This document shows positions 1-10,237 of a stretch of DNA of 30,862 bases, piece by piece. Position numbers and translations under genes: made by a program. Each line of letters opens with the position of its first letter. Position 1 is the stretch's first letter. The notes under the pieces are model-generated. The model was not told the origin of the DNA, searched no databases, and worked only from the letters and a program-made list of their open reading frames with translations. Source of the DNA: a virus (taxonomy: Duplodnaviria; Heunggongvirae; Uroviricota; Caudoviricetes); IMG/VR virus record IMGVR_UViG_3300042398_001452. One strand, given 5' to 3'.

Positions 1-2
1 CT

Positions 3-1382
3 GTGATATTCTCTGATATAAGCCAATCTGTTCAGCTTTCTACTGGAACTGGAGCTTTTTTACCTACTGCTTCTGCTATAAGTAACCAGCATAGGATATT
101 TACCTCTGGAGTAACAGGATCAGAGCAAACAGTATTTGCTGTATCAACTTATTTTACTGGGGCAACTTCAGAGTACACAACAACAGGAGCAGCAGGAAAA
201 AGTTTAATACAAACTAAAAACTCTAATAGATTATTAGAGATAATGTCTAATGGTACTGGAGGTACTAATAAAGTAAATATAGGTGCTAAAGATAATGCTT
301 ATATAACTGCATGGGGCCCATCCGGATCATCACCTACAGGAGGAATTTCTGTCGGAGTTAGTGCATCTAGCTATCAGCCTACCACAGGAGCACTTACAGG
401 ATCTATTTTTGCTTTTGGTACATCATTAACAGGAGGATCTTCGGTAAGAAATCTTTCCAATCATAGTTTATTGGTAACTGGATCACAAACAATAGGAGGA
501 ACTAATGCCTTATCTATGTTTAATATAGGGGGACAGAATCTTTCACAACCTGTTGGAGGAAATAGCTTACTAAAGATTAATAGAAATTTATATACAACAA
601 CGTTCAACACACCCGGAATTAAAGGGTCACCTCCTTCAGTATTTGCAACTGGAGATTATCCAGGAAATTATCCAAATGGATTAGAGATAACATCTATTAA
701 ATCTGATTATGTTTCGCCTTCAGTAAAAAATAAATCGGTTGCCATAGCTGTAGGTGCTACTAATGCTATATCTTCTTTCTTAACACCTTTACCATTAGCA
801 CCCGCTGATGGATTTTTCGTTAGTGATACAGGAAAAAACGTATCGATAGGTAAAACAATAGATGATAATGCAGCTCTATCTATAAAAAATGTAACGGCTG
901 GTAGTGCAATTGATGCTTATGGTGATGTTAATCAATATGGAACTAGTACAACAACCCCTGACATAACATTTATCTCTGGAAGAATAGATAACCCAACAAA
1001 AAGTTTACATAGGGATACTACTACTGATCCGCCAGGTGGCGTAATTTATACAAGTCCCACCAATGATGTAGTTGCATCTGGAGTATTCAGTTATAATTCA
1101 AACGGTCCGGTGAGTGGTACTTGGATTAAAGTTGGAGCTGTAGTACATGTAGCTGGAGTATGGAGTTCAGCAGCTAGTGATCAGTTCTATATACCGGTAC
1201 AACCAGGAGGAGGATATTCTATATCTAATCTAATAGGTGTAGCATATGGTGACGATGGAAACAGGAGAGCATATGCTGTAATACAAGCAGGATCTAATGC
1301 TAGAATATACAATGACGGAAATACCATACCAGTAGGCCCTACCCACCAGTATTATTTTACATACCAGTTTGTTTTAGTATAA
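3..1382 (+). CDS. Tail fibre / virion structural protein, C-terminal part (probably 5'-truncated by the window)
   Basis: Open frame from the window edge. G/S/T/N-rich beta-type sequence. The terminal domain has GTWIKVGAVVHVAG and ends YYFTYQFVLV, resembling phage fibre C-terminal modules. Confidence 0.6.
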   Translation: MIFSDISQSVQLSTGTGAFLPTASAISNQHRIFTSGVTGSEQTVFAVSTYFTGATSEYTTTGAAGKSLIQTKNSNRLLEIMSNGTGGTNKVNIGAKDNAYITAWGPSGSSPTGGISVGVSASSYQPTTGALTGSIFAFGTSLTGGSSVRNLSNHSLLVTGSQTIGGTNALSMFNIGGQNLSQPVGGNSLLKINRNLYTTTFNTPGIKGSPPSVFATGDYPGNYPNGLEITSIKSDYVSPSVKNKSVAIAVGATNAISSFLTPLPLAPADGFFVSDTGKNVSIGKTIDDNAALSIKNVTAGSAIDAYGDVNQYGTSTTTPDITFISGRIDNPTKSLHRDTTTDPPGGVIYTSPTNDVVASGVFSYNSNGPVSGTWIKVGAVVHVAGVWSSAASDQFYIPVQPGGGYSISNLIGVAYGDDGNRRAYAVIQAGSNARIYNDGNTIPVGPTHQYYFTYQFVLV

Positions 1383-1390
1383 ATATCATT

Positions 1391-1597
1391 ATGTATAAAG
1401 ATTGGTTCATACAGAAATATTCGGATATACATGATGATCTGAATAAGTTAGAAAGAGAGATAGAGGATCACTTAAAAAATAAAAAGGATCTATTAGAAAA
1501 TGATCAAAAATTGGAAGACCTAAAAAGAAAAACAATTGAGACGATAGATCTACTAAATAAAACAAGAGAAGATGAAAGAAGAATCTTTAATTACTAA
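1391..1597 (+). CDS. Small coiled-coil hypothetical protein
   Basis: 68-aa ORF with heptad-like L/I spacing and E/K richness, tightly packed between neighbours. Confidence 0.6.
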   Translation: MYKDWFIQKYSDIHDDLNKLEREIEDHLKNKKDLLENDQKLEDLKRKTIETIDLLNKTREDERRIFNY

Positions 1598-2369
1598 AAT
1601 CATTAAAAGAAAGGACCTAGTTCTTTTAGGTGGGATAGCTATATTGTTATTACTTCTATTTAGGCAATGCGACAGCAATTCAGATCTTAAATCTAAGTTA
1701 GATATACAGAATGCTAATTTAGCTGCGCTAAATGACTCCGTACGTGTACAAAAAAATAAAGCAGGGGAAGCAACTTACGTTAAAAAAACCCTATTAGCTG
1801 ATAAGAATTCTTTGGAAAAATTGAATAAGGATTTAAAAGAAGAATTAGATAAGCAGGAAGGTAAAGTGATTGTAATAGAAAAGGTTGTAACAGAGACTAA
1901 GGTTGATACACATTATGTGAATAATTATTTAACTTCTTACGGAAACAATAAATTTAGTTTAGATTGGAAATATGATTCTACATTCTCTGTAAATAATTAT
2001 AGAAAATTTTCAGGTAAAAGCTTCTTTATTATAGACACAATAAACAATAAAGTACTCCCAGGAAATACTAGAATAGATCAGGACGAAATGGGATTCTCTT
2101 TTGTTACGGGTCTTAGAGAAAAGGATAAAGCTTTAGAGATATTTGTAACTCCTAAATATCCAGGAATGAAAATTACAGATATAGAAGGAGCGGTAATAGA
2201 TCCTTCTAAATCAGATGTGCTTAAGAAAATGTTTCCTAATAAGAAGTTTTCAGTTGGTCCATATGTTGGAGTAGGTATAGGATCAGGATACGGATTAAAT
2301 GGACAACCAGTTACTGGAGCTTTCTTTAATATTGGTGTGGGTATTCAATATTCTATCATTAAATTTTAA
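1572..2369 (+). CDS. Membrane-anchored coiled-coil protein with C-terminal amphipathic beta strands (possible spanin-like lysis protein)
   Basis: Basic N-terminus, hydrophobic LVLLGGIAILLLLLF followed by RQC, a coiled coil, then a Gly/aromatic C-terminal hairpin GPYVGVGIG...GVGIQYSIIKF ending in Phe. Confidence 0.5.
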   Translation: MKEESLITKIIKRKDLVLLGGIAILLLLLFRQCDSNSDLKSKLDIQNANLAALNDSVRVQKNKAGEATYVKKTLLADKNSLEKLNKDLKEELDKQEGKVIVIEKVVTETKVDTHYVNNYLTSYGNNKFSLDWKYDSTFSVNNYRKFSGKSFFIIDTINNKVLPGNTRIDQDEMGFSFVTGLREKDKALEIFVTPKYPGMKITDIEGAVIDPSKSDVLKKMFPNKKFSVGPYVGVGIGSGYGLNGQPVTGAFFNIGVGIQYSIIKF

Positions 2370-2371
2370 TT

Positions 2372-2379
2372 GATATATA
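2372..2379 (+). promoter_or_regulatory. Putative late-type promoter motif GATATATA
   Basis: Intergenic, 4 nt before the ATG at 2384. The same motif recurs before several structural or tagged genes. Confidence 0.5.
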
Positions 2380-2383
2380 AATC

Positions 2384-4708
2384 ATGGCTTACACATCCAC
2401 ACAAAGATTCATAAAGCTCGGTAGCTATTTATTGATGGAGTATAATTACACTACTGCTCCTACACCAGAAATTTATTATGTAAATACCGGGGTACCTGCG
2501 GTTGGATATGAAAAAATAGTTAATGGTTATTTTAATGATGCAGTTCAGATACTTAATAAACCAGCATCCGAATCAATAACGGGTAACGTTAGGGATCTTA
2601 GCGTCGTTCAGACTGATAAGAATAGATTTGTAACATTAGATAATGATTATTTAGTACCTTATCTAGATACTGATCCTAATCTCACATCAGTCAATAATTT
2701 ACCTGTAGTATTTCCTTCTAATATTGGAGTCTATTATGACTCTGTAAAATTTCATATAGTATCAGGATATAATTTCGATAATATAGATGGTATAATATTA
2801 CAAGGACAATTCCAGGAAAGGACTGGTAAAAAAGCCACAATATTCCAAAGAATTATAACTAGAGGTGATACAACATCCACAGTTCTTAATCCGAATCCTA
2901 TTTATCTGGGTGGAGCACTTTATGATCATTATATTGAAATAAAGATTCCTGCCTATTCTAATATGGTTTATGAATTTGATATATTAGCTAATACTCCTGC
3001 TCAAGCCAGTACTTTAGCTGCTAAAATATCATCAGATGGTAATGGATTTCTTAGAGATGCTCCTATCAATTTTACACTTTATGAAATAAGTGACACTGCT
3101 CTTAAGAATGGATATGAAAATTATATAGCTCAAATAAGAAATCAGGTTTCTATATTTCCTAAGGATAATTTTTCATCATTGGCTGCAGTTATTCAGGAAA
3201 ATTCATTTTACAATTATCTAGAATTTTATCCTACATGGGAAGGTAATTTCTTAGAGGACTTTCTAAATGCAGAGGGTAAGGTTGGTAATGTTTACTATGT
3301 GATAAACGAAATAGAAGTAAAAGAGCAAGTAGGATTAAGCTATATTACAACTTATAATTTTTCAAATACTCAGACTCAAGATTTTAATGCACCTAATATA
3401 TTTAGACCTATATTAATAAATCCTTTAACAACTTCATTTGTTGTTAACTACACTATGAGATTAGTTAATAAAGGTAATCAAAATCAAATAATAAGAAGAT
3501 CTTCTTTTAGCTCTTTAGATGTAAATAAATACGGAAGAGAAAACAATATAATATCTTTAACAACTGGGGCTTATTCTCAGAAAGTATATAACAAGGTGGT
3601 ACAAGCTCCTAATGTAATTTCTGGAGGGGTAATGCCTAATCCTGCAGCTCCTATCGAGAAAAGAATACCTGTTTTTTATAAAGACAATAATATCTCTATA
3701 ACGAAAGAAACTTTAGTGATTGATAAGAATGGGAATCTAATTTCTGAAACTTCGGTAGCTGATTCAACCCAGATATTTGGTCAAGGAAAGGCAAAAGTTG
3801 TTCTAGACCCTTTCGACAATTTTTATAAATTCACAGTATATAATTATAGAGAAGGAACTTCACCAGAAATATTGGATTTAGGTACATCACTTACTTATTA
3901 TATGGTTTTTTTAAATGCAGCGGGTCAAAGTGTGAAGGTTGAAAATATAAAAAACAAAACAACCGTTTCTAATCCAACATCTGGTCAAATAGCATTTAAA
4001 GTAGTGGAAAGTAATTCTAAAAAAGTATTAGGGTTTACCTCTAGGGATTTTTATATAGTTTCAAAAACTCCTGATGGAGTGGAGACTAAAATGTATTCAG
4101 GATCTTGGGAAACTCAATCTGAATTTACAACAAGGACTTCTGTGGTATCAAGTACTTCTGTTTCATCTACTTCAGAAGTAACAGGATCTCAAGTAAGAAC
4201 TACTGAAGTTGCTTCTACAGGAACTACAGGAACAAATAGTAATACTATTAAGGGAGACCAGATAATTTCTAGAGTTCCACTTACTAAAGTAATTAAGAAA
4301 ATAAAACCTTATTCTTTAGGAAGTAGTTCTATATTAAGCTTTAAACCAACATCACTAATTAATGCTACTGGTGGAATAGCAAGTAATAAATCTAACCTAA
4401 AATCTGTTCCACTACAAAGTAGTAATCAGGTAAATAATATAAACATAGACTCATTGGCTGATTCTATATCAGGAAGAGAAGCACAGGGACTTGATGTACA
4501 GAAAGTAGTTAATTATTACTTTACACCTGGTGCACCTGGAGCTAACTTGTTTAAAGGTATTAATGCTCCTCAATTCTTAATTGCTGCTTTACAAATACAT
4601 CCTAGATTAGAAAATGGATCTTTTGATAAAAAATATATAAGCTATTGTAATGCTCTAGGATTCCCTGTAACTGATAACCCAGGTGAAGTTAAAGGAAATA
4701 AAAAATAA
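2384..4708 (+). CDS. Large hypothetical protein, probably virion structural
   Basis: 774 aa, beta-rich N/Y/T composition, S/T-rich linker near 4130-4250. Lies between fibre and tail-terminator-like genes and is preceded by GATATATA. Confidence 0.5.
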   Translation: MAYTSTQRFIKLGSYLLMEYNYTTAPTPEIYYVNTGVPAVGYEKIVNGYFNDAVQILNKPASESITGNVRDLSVVQTDKNRFVTLDNDYLVPYLDTDPNLTSVNNLPVVFPSNIGVYYDSVKFHIVSGYNFDNIDGIILQGQFQERTGKKATIFQRIITRGDTTSTVLNPNPIYLGGALYDHYIEIKIPAYSNMVYEFDILANTPAQASTLAAKISSDGNGFLRDAPINFTLYEISDTALKNGYENYIAQIRNQVSIFPKDNFSSLAAVIQENSFYNYLEFYPTWEGNFLEDFLNAEGKVGNVYYVINEIEVKEQVGLSYITTYNFSNTQTQDFNAPNIFRPILINPLTTSFVVNYTMRLVNKGNQNQIIRRSSFSSLDVNKYGRENNIISLTTGAYSQKVYNKVVQAPNVISGGVMPNPAAPIEKRIPVFYKDNNISITKETLVIDKNGNLISETSVADSTQIFGQGKAKVVLDPFDNFYKFTVYNYREGTSPEILDLGTSLTYYMVFLNAAGQSVKVENIKNKTTVSNPTSGQIAFKVVESNSKKVLGFTSRDFYIVSKTPDGVETKMYSGSWETQSEFTTRTSVVSSTSVSSTSEVTGSQVRTTEVASTGTTGTNSNTIKGDQIISRVPLTKVIKKIKPYSLGSSSILSFKPTSLINATGGIASNKSNLKSVPLQSSNQVNNINIDSLADSISGREAQGLDVQKVVNYYFTPGAPGANLFKGINAPQFLIAALQIHPRLENGSFDKKYISYCNALGFPVTDNPGEVKGNKK

Positions 4709-4716
4709 TACATTAG

Positions 4717-5268
4717 ATGATATTAAACGCAAGGCAAAACGGGTTTATATTTACGTTTCCTAAGGGTTTTATTTTACCTGAAGTGGTTGAAAAATATGAA
4801 AAGTATATAAATAGGATGCCCATTCCTTATGATACTGTTGATACATTCATAAATTCAACTATACAGCAGGTAAATTTTCCAACTTTAAGAACTATAGATA
4901 CTGTAGAGCAGATAAGACCTGGAGGATTTAAACAAAGCTATAAAAGTGCTACAACTCTACAAAATTTAATACAAAGGGATTTCACTGTTACTTTTAAACT
5001 TGGTGAAGGATTTATAAACTATTGGGTACTTTATGAAAATATAATAAAGTTCCTTGACTTCCAAAACCCTGAGGTATATCTTCCAGATTTTAGATTATTA
5101 CTTTTAGATAATGATGGTGTTGTTATGGCTAGTGTTCTTTTACAACAGCCGATATATACTTCACTGTCGGAAATACAGCTAAATTATTCTAGCACAACAC
5201 CACAGTTTACTACCTTTAGTATAGGTTTTAAATGTAATTATGTCAATGTTAAACTCGAAATTGGATAG
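4717..5268 (+). CDS. Tail tube terminator / tail completion protein (T4 gp3-like, tail-tube fold)
   Basis: Pattern QQVNFP...PG...FTVTFKL.E.FINY...DFRLLLLD...IYTSLSEIQL...FTTFSIGF follows gp3/gp19-type proteins. The size (183 aa) and proximity to uvsY/uvsW fit T4-like genomes. Confidence 0.6.
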   Translation: MILNARQNGFIFTFPKGFILPEVVEKYEKYINRMPIPYDTVDTFINSTIQQVNFPTLRTIDTVEQIRPGGFKQSYKSATTLQNLIQRDFTVTFKLGEGFINYWVLYENIIKFLDFQNPEVYLPDFRLLLLDNDGVVMASVLLQQPIYTSLSEIQLNYSSTTPQFTTFSIGFKCNYVNVKLEIG

Positions 5269-5941
5269 GATAATTGGTATAGATTTCTCTTTAAATTCAC
5301 CAGGATTTTGTATATTAGAAAAAGATAAATGTAGATGGATTAGCCTACATAGAACAAAAAATATCATAGATAAAATGTTTAAAAAGGATGGATCTCCTTT
5401 TAAGATATTAAATGATAATTCTAATGTCGATATAAACATCATTGAGAAAAAAGAATTTAAAGGCGAGTATCATATTATAGAAAGAGACAAGATAGTTAAT
5501 GCTGTTTATTTTTCTGAGGTGGTACTAGATCTTTTGAAACCGTACATAAATGAAAATACTATAGTTGGTATGGAAGGATTATCTTTTGGATCATCTGGAA
5601 ATTCTCTTATTGATATTTCTATGACTACTGCTTTAGTAAGATCATCTATAGTTAAAATAATAGATCCTAATAATTTCTTTGTGCTATCACCAACTACTAT
5701 TAAGAAATATGCTTTAAAAGGAAATTCTAAGAAGGATGAACTGTATAATACATTGATAGAGAAAAGAATAGAAGATAATAGACTTAAACCATTTTTGGAA
5801 GTATTAAAAGAATATAAGGATTCATGGATAAAGGGTACAAACAAAGTTGAAGGGCCCTGTTCTGATTTAGTAGATGCAACATGGATATCATTATTTGTTG
5901 AGGAGAATTTAGAGAAACTTTTATCTGGAAAGAAGGTATAA
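5240..5941 (+). CDS. RuvC-like (RNase H fold) Holliday junction resolvase/nuclease
   Basis: IIGIDFSLNSPG (first catalytic Asp), GMEGLSF (Glu), SPTTIKKYALKGNSKK and DLVDA (C-terminal Asp pair). Exact start uncertain. Confidence 0.8.
   Translation: MSMLNSKLDRIIGIDFSLNSPGFCILEKDKCRWISLHRTKNIIDKMFKKDGSPFKILNDNSNVDINIIEKKEFKGEYHIIERDKIVNAVYFSEVVLDLLKPYINENTIVGMEGLSFGSSGNSLIDISMTTALVRSSIVKIIDPNNFFVLSPTTIKKYALKGNSKKDELYNTLIEKRIEDNRLKPFLEVLKEYKDSWIKGTNKVEGPCSDLVDATWISLFVEENLEKLLSGKKV
5914..5941 (+). promoter_or_regulatory. Putative early/middle promoter GAAAC-N18-TATAA upstream of SSB
   Basis: GAAAC at 5914-5918 and TATAA at 5937. The same spacing recurs upstream of five other non-structural genes. 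Confidence 0.5.
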
Positions 5942-5981
5942 GTATTAAATAATAAGTAATAATTTAAATAATTTAAGAATC

Positions 5982-6941
5982 ATGGAAGAAAATTTTGACA
6001 TTTTTAATCTGGACAATGAAGCATTTGTTAAACAAGAAGTAAAAAAAGACGAGGATGAGTTTATCTATAAACCTTATCCTGAATTAGGAAAAGATGGTGT
6101 TTATAAATCTTTAGTTAGATTCCTACCAAACATCACCAATCCAAAAAAATCAAAAGTTCACCAATATTATGTTTGGTTGAAAGATCCAGTAGACGGAGCA
6201 AATCACAAAGCAATTTGCCCATCAACTGTAGGAAAAAAATCAATCCTTAAGGATCTATACTGGAAACTTAAAAATTCTCCTTCTGCTAAAGATCAGGAAA
6301 TTTCTAAAGCATTCTCAAGAAAAGAAGATTTTTATTCTTTAATTCAAGTTGTTAAAGATGCAAATCGTCCAGACTTGGAAGGAAAAATTATGATCTTTAA
6401 ATTCGGAAAAAAAGTTAATGATCTTATCGAACAACAAATCAAACCAGAATTCGGAAATCCTTCAAATCCTTATGATTTATTCGAAGGTAAAAACTTCGGT
6501 ATTCAAGTAAGAAAAGTTGGGGAATGGAACAACTACGACCTTTGTCAATTTGTCGGAGATAAAATGGCAATAATTGTAGATGGATCAGCAGTAGAGAAAA
6601 ATGAAGAAGGTAGAGAAATCGTAACTAAATACCTAAAAACTGGTCCATTGGATCTTGATAAATACGACTATAATGATTGGTCAGATGATGAATCTGAAAA
6701 GATCATGAGAATTATTAGAAACACTATTCCTGACGGAAGAATGGTTTCTGAGATTATCGGATCTAGTGCAGATTCTAAAACTTCATCTGCTTCTACATCA
6801 GTAGACGATTTTTACGAACAGGCTAATTCGAGAACAGCTACAGCTAGTGAAGATTCTGAAGATGAAGCACCAGCAAAACCGGCTAAAACACCAACTAAAA
6901 AATCTGCACCGTCTCTTGACGATCTTTATAACGATCTATAA
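5982..6941 (+). CDS. 32: Single-stranded DNA-binding protein (T4 gp32-like)
   Basis: VRFLP, VVKDANRPDLEGKIMIFKFGKK, PYDLFEGKNF and WNNYD core. The acidic/Ser-rich tail ends LDDLYNDL, like the T4 gp32 C-terminus. Confidence 0.92.
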   Translation: MEENFDIFNLDNEAFVKQEVKKDEDEFIYKPYPELGKDGVYKSLVRFLPNITNPKKSKVHQYYVWLKDPVDGANHKAICPSTVGKKSILKDLYWKLKNSPSAKDQEISKAFSRKEDFYSLIQVVKDANRPDLEGKIMIFKFGKKVNDLIEQQIKPEFGNPSNPYDLFEGKNFGIQVRKVGEWNNYDLCQFVGDKMAIIVDGSAVEKNEEGREIVTKYLKTGPLDLDKYDYNDWSDDESEKIMRIIRNTIPDGRMVSEIIGSSADSKTSSASTSVDDFYEQANSRTATASEDSEDEAPAKPAKTPTKKSAPSLDDLYNDL

Positions 6942-6961
6942 TAAAATAATAATGGATTGTT

Positions 6962-8035
6962 ATGGAATCGAAGACTATAAGTGGGCTATCAGTAGATAGA
7001 GTAAAAGGAATAGTATCTTCTGCTCTACTTAAGTTTTTTGGAAATGATTCACAGAGATTAAAAGTTTACCAAGGGGGCAACAGACTAAACTTCTGTTGCC
7101 CTTACTGTGGTGATTCCAAGGATGCTAAGAAGAAAAGAGGTAATTTATACCTAGATACCCTAACATATAAATGTTATAATGGGGGATGTGGAGTTTTTAA
7201 AAATCTAAATCAATTTACTAGGGATTTTGAAATACAGTCTATGCTTTCTTCTGATGAAATATCAGAGATAGCGCAGATATCTAGAGATTCAACTATAAGA
7301 AAAAAGATAAGGAACTCTTTAGATTATTTCTTTGCTGAAAACTATAAGGATATACTTATAGACAGGGAAGAATTTAAAGAGAGACTAAATCTAATTGAGG
7401 TTAAAGGTACTTATGGTGAGAAGTGGATTTTAGAAAGAAATCATATACCGGATTCTAAATTTCTTTGGGATCCTGCCAGAAGAAATTTATATCTCTTAAA
7501 TCTTTCCGGAGATGAATCTAAAATTCTAGGGATTCAAATAAGGCCGGTGGTTAAGAAAAATGGCGGGAGTAAATATTACACCTACAAGCTAAGTGGAATT
7601 TATAAAAATCTATTTAAAGTTACTGACCCGGATACAATCTTAAAAGCAGAAGAGGTAGATCCTATATCTAGTGTATTTGGATTTTCCACTGTGGATTTAG
7701 ATTCCACAATAACAACTTTTGAAGGACCTATGGATGCTTGGCTTTGCCCGAACTCAATAGCACTTTGTTCTATAAATAATCCATTTCCTTTTGACGTAAT
7801 GAATAAAAGATGGATGTTAGATGGCGATGATATCGGAAGGCAAAAAGCTAGAGAATTTCTAGAAAAAGGTGAGCAAGTTTTTCTTTGGGGAAGATTCATA
7901 AAAGAATGTGAATTACCAGAGAGAGATAAATGGGATTTAAACGATGTTGTTAATTACGTAAGATCCACAGGTAAGAAGATAAAGAGGCTGGATAACTTCT
8001 TTTCTGCAGACAAATGGGATATTATAGATATATGA
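6962..8035 (+). CDS. 61: DNA primase (T4 gp61-like)
   Basis: Zn finger NFCCPYCGDS..KKRG...YKCYNGGC; TOPRIM motifs FEGPMDA and LDGDDIG; C-terminal KWDLND. Confidence 0.9.
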   Translation: MESKTISGLSVDRVKGIVSSALLKFFGNDSQRLKVYQGGNRLNFCCPYCGDSKDAKKKRGNLYLDTLTYKCYNGGCGVFKNLNQFTRDFEIQSMLSSDEISEIAQISRDSTIRKKIRNSLDYFFAENYKDILIDREEFKERLNLIEVKGTYGEKWILERNHIPDSKFLWDPARRNLYLLNLSGDESKILGIQIRPVVKKNGGSKYYTYKLSGIYKNLFKVTDPDTILKAEEVDPISSVFGFSTVDLDSTITTFEGPMDAWLCPNSIALCSINNPFPFDVMNKRWMLDGDDIGRQKAREFLEKGEQVFLWGRFIKECELPERDKWDLNDVVNYVRSTGKKIKRLDNFFSADKWDIIDI

Positions 8036-8214
8036 AAAAGAAGAACGATAACAAGATAAAATTTCCTATTGACATCAAGGGGGATATAGAACTGCCAGAA
8101 TTTGATGTTTCTGAAAACTTTTCTATTCCTGTGGTAAAAAGTAAGATAAGTTCAGAAGTAGAAGAGGTACCAAAAAATAAAAAGAATAAATGTCAGAGCA
8201 ACAGCCTAATATAG
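8032..8214 (+). CDS. Small hypothetical protein
   Basis: ATG at 8032 overlaps the primase stop (ATGA coupling), so it is preferred over the track start at 8014. Confidence 0.5.
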   Translation: MKKKNDNKIKFPIDIKGDIELPEFDVSENFSIPVVKSKISSEVEEVPKNKKNKCQSNSLI

Positions 8215-8657
8215 AAAAAAAAGATTTCGCCAGGGATTTTCAAACTGAAAGAGAAGGATGGACGGAAAAAATCCGTGTGCTTTCAGTTAGAATGAAAAAT
8301 ATACAAGAGTTGGCAGAGGTTCAAGTTGAGTTATATTCTAGTAGACAGGTTTTATTAGAAATGTATTCTAAGCTAGGACAAGTTATGGTAAAGCTTAACT
8401 CTAAGTATAGAAGAGACAAGGCTGAAAGACTTAGATATTATTCTGAGTCTGTCCAGGTTAAATATGGAGCAAACGAAAAAACTCCTTTAATAGAGGGAGA
8501 CCTTTCTGAGCTTAAAGAAAGAATGGATCTTGTTGATGGACAGATCTCTTTCTTTAATGAAACAATGAAAACGGTGGATCACATGTTATATGGTGTGAAG
8601 TCAAGGATAGCACTAGAAGAATATCTAAGATCTGGAGCTGTTAGAAATAATTATTGA
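8190..8657 (+). CDS. uvsY: Recombination mediator UvsY-like protein
   Basis: 155-aa helical coiled-coil protein (RLRYY...IEGD...KTVD....KSRI) directly upstream of UvsW, as in T4-like phages. Confidence 0.65.
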   Translation: MSEQQPNIEKKDFARDFQTEREGWTEKIRVLSVRMKNIQELAEVQVELYSSRQVLLEMYSKLGQVMVKLNSKYRRDKAERLRYYSESVQVKYGANEKTPLIEGDLSELKERMDLVDGQISFFNETMKTVDHMLYGVKSRIALEEYLRSGAVRNNY

Positions 8658-8659
8658 TA

Positions 8660-10201
8660 ATGTTAACATTTATAGTAAGTGATGATAATAATTGGTTAAG
8701 TTTAGTAGATTATTCTGAGGATTTTGAGAGAAAGCAAATTGAAATATCTCTAACTAAGAAAATACATAACCATTTTTTCCACCCATTAGTAAAGAAAAAA
8801 CATTGGGATGGATCTATATGTTTTGTAGATAAGAAATTACCTATATGGAGAATTCCAATAGGTCTTTGGTCTGAAGTTTATCAGATATGTGAGAAATATA
8901 AGATAGAGGTAAAAATAGATGGATTAAATAAAATAATAGATTCCGAGTTTACACTTGAATCTTTTACTGAATGGTGTAATAATTTCTTTAAAGGTGGTGT
9001 TGGAGGAGATCCTGAAAAAATGCCAAGAGATTATCAAATAGAAACTGCTTGGAAGATAATAAAATTTAAACTTTCTGTATCTGAAGTAGCTACCAGTTCA
9101 GGTAAAACACTTATTGCTTTTATAGTTATGGCTTATCTAAAGGAGGTGATGAAAGTTAAGAAATTCTTAATGATAGTCCCTAATACTAATTTAGTTATTC
9201 AAGGTTCAGAAGATTTTGAAGAATATGGATTAGAAAAATTAGATGACTGTGTGATTCAGCAGATACATGGTGCTAATAAGAAAAAGATATCAGGTGGATT
9301 AATGATAGGAACTTATCAATCCCTTGTAAAGATGGAGCAGGATTTTTTTGATGATGTTGAAGCAGTTTTTGTTGACGAGTGTCACCAGGCTCAAAGTGCA
9401 TCAATAAAGAAAGTTGTTGCTTTATGTAGAGATTCAAAATGGAGATTTGGTTTGTCTGGGACATTAGCAAATAAGAACACCGCAGAGTATCTAACAATAC
9501 AGCAATTTCTTGGACCTCTTATAATGGAGATCTCTCCTAAATTTTTATTTGATAACAAATATGCTACTCCTGTTTCTATTAAGATAGTAAAAATGGATTG
9601 GATGGATCCGGAGGTAAAAGAAAAATTATCTTCTCTTAAAGAAAACAAGACCGAGATGGAGGGTAACGAGATATTTAATTTGGAAAGAAAATTAGTAGTG
9701 GGATCTGATAAAAGACTTAACTATATAATAGATTTCGTTCTTAAAACATCTAAGAATTCACTTATACTCTTTCAATCTGTTGGTGATGGATACGGCAAGA
9801 GAATATATGACGGAATAAGAGAAAGAAGTAACGATAGGGAAGTTTATTATATAGACGGAGATACAGATCCTGACAAAAGGGATATCTTTACAAAAAGAAT
9901 GGAGGAGGGAATAAATAAAGTAATGGTTGCTTCTTTCGGAACTATGTCAACCGGTATTTCTGTTAAAAATATCCATAATATATTTCTTACGGAGTCTTAT
10001 AAATCTGAGGTTCTTATCAAACAAAGTCTAGGAAGGGGTATGAGATTGTTTGAGGGTAAAGAGAAAGTTAATATAATAGATTTCGTTGACGATTTTTCTT
10101 GGGGAGGTAAAGAAAACTATTTAATGAAGCATTCTAAAGAAAGAATAGAGATCTATAAAAAAGAGCATTTCGATTATAAGATATACAATGTCAAAATTTA
10201 G
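8660..10201 (+). CDS. uvsW: SF2 DNA helicase UvsW
   Basis: WDGSI N-domain, PRDYQ Q-motif, ATSSGKT (Walker A), VDECH, GLSGT and QSLGRGMR. ATG 8660 preferred to TTG 8654. Confidence 0.93.
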   Translation: MLTFIVSDDNNWLSLVDYSEDFERKQIEISLTKKIHNHFFHPLVKKKHWDGSICFVDKKLPIWRIPIGLWSEVYQICEKYKIEVKIDGLNKIIDSEFTLESFTEWCNNFFKGGVGGDPEKMPRDYQIETAWKIIKFKLSVSEVATSSGKTLIAFIVMAYLKEVMKVKKFLMIVPNTNLVIQGSEDFEEYGLEKLDDCVIQQIHGANKKKISGGLMIGTYQSLVKMEQDFFDDVEAVFVDECHQAQSASIKKVVALCRDSKWRFGLSGTLANKNTAEYLTIQQFLGPLIMEISPKFLFDNKYATPVSIKIVKMDWMDPEVKEKLSSLKENKTEMEGNEIFNLERKLVVGSDKRLNYIIDFVLKTSKNSLILFQSVGDGYGKRIYDGIRERSNDREVYYIDGDTDPDKRDIFTKRMEEGINKVMVASFGTMSTGISVKNIHNIFLTESYKSEVLIKQSLGRGMRLFEGKEKVNIIDFVDDFSWGGKENYLMKHSKERIEIYKKEHFDYKIYNVKI

Positions 10202-10208
10202 AAAAAAG

Positions 10209-10216
10209 GATATATA
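10209..10216 (+). promoter_or_regulatory. Putative late-type promoter motif GATATATA
   Basis: Intergenic, directly after the uvsW stop and 21 nt before a gene with a capsid-targeting-like N-terminus. Confidence 0.5.
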
Positions 10217-10237
10217 GAATAGAAATAAATAATCTTG

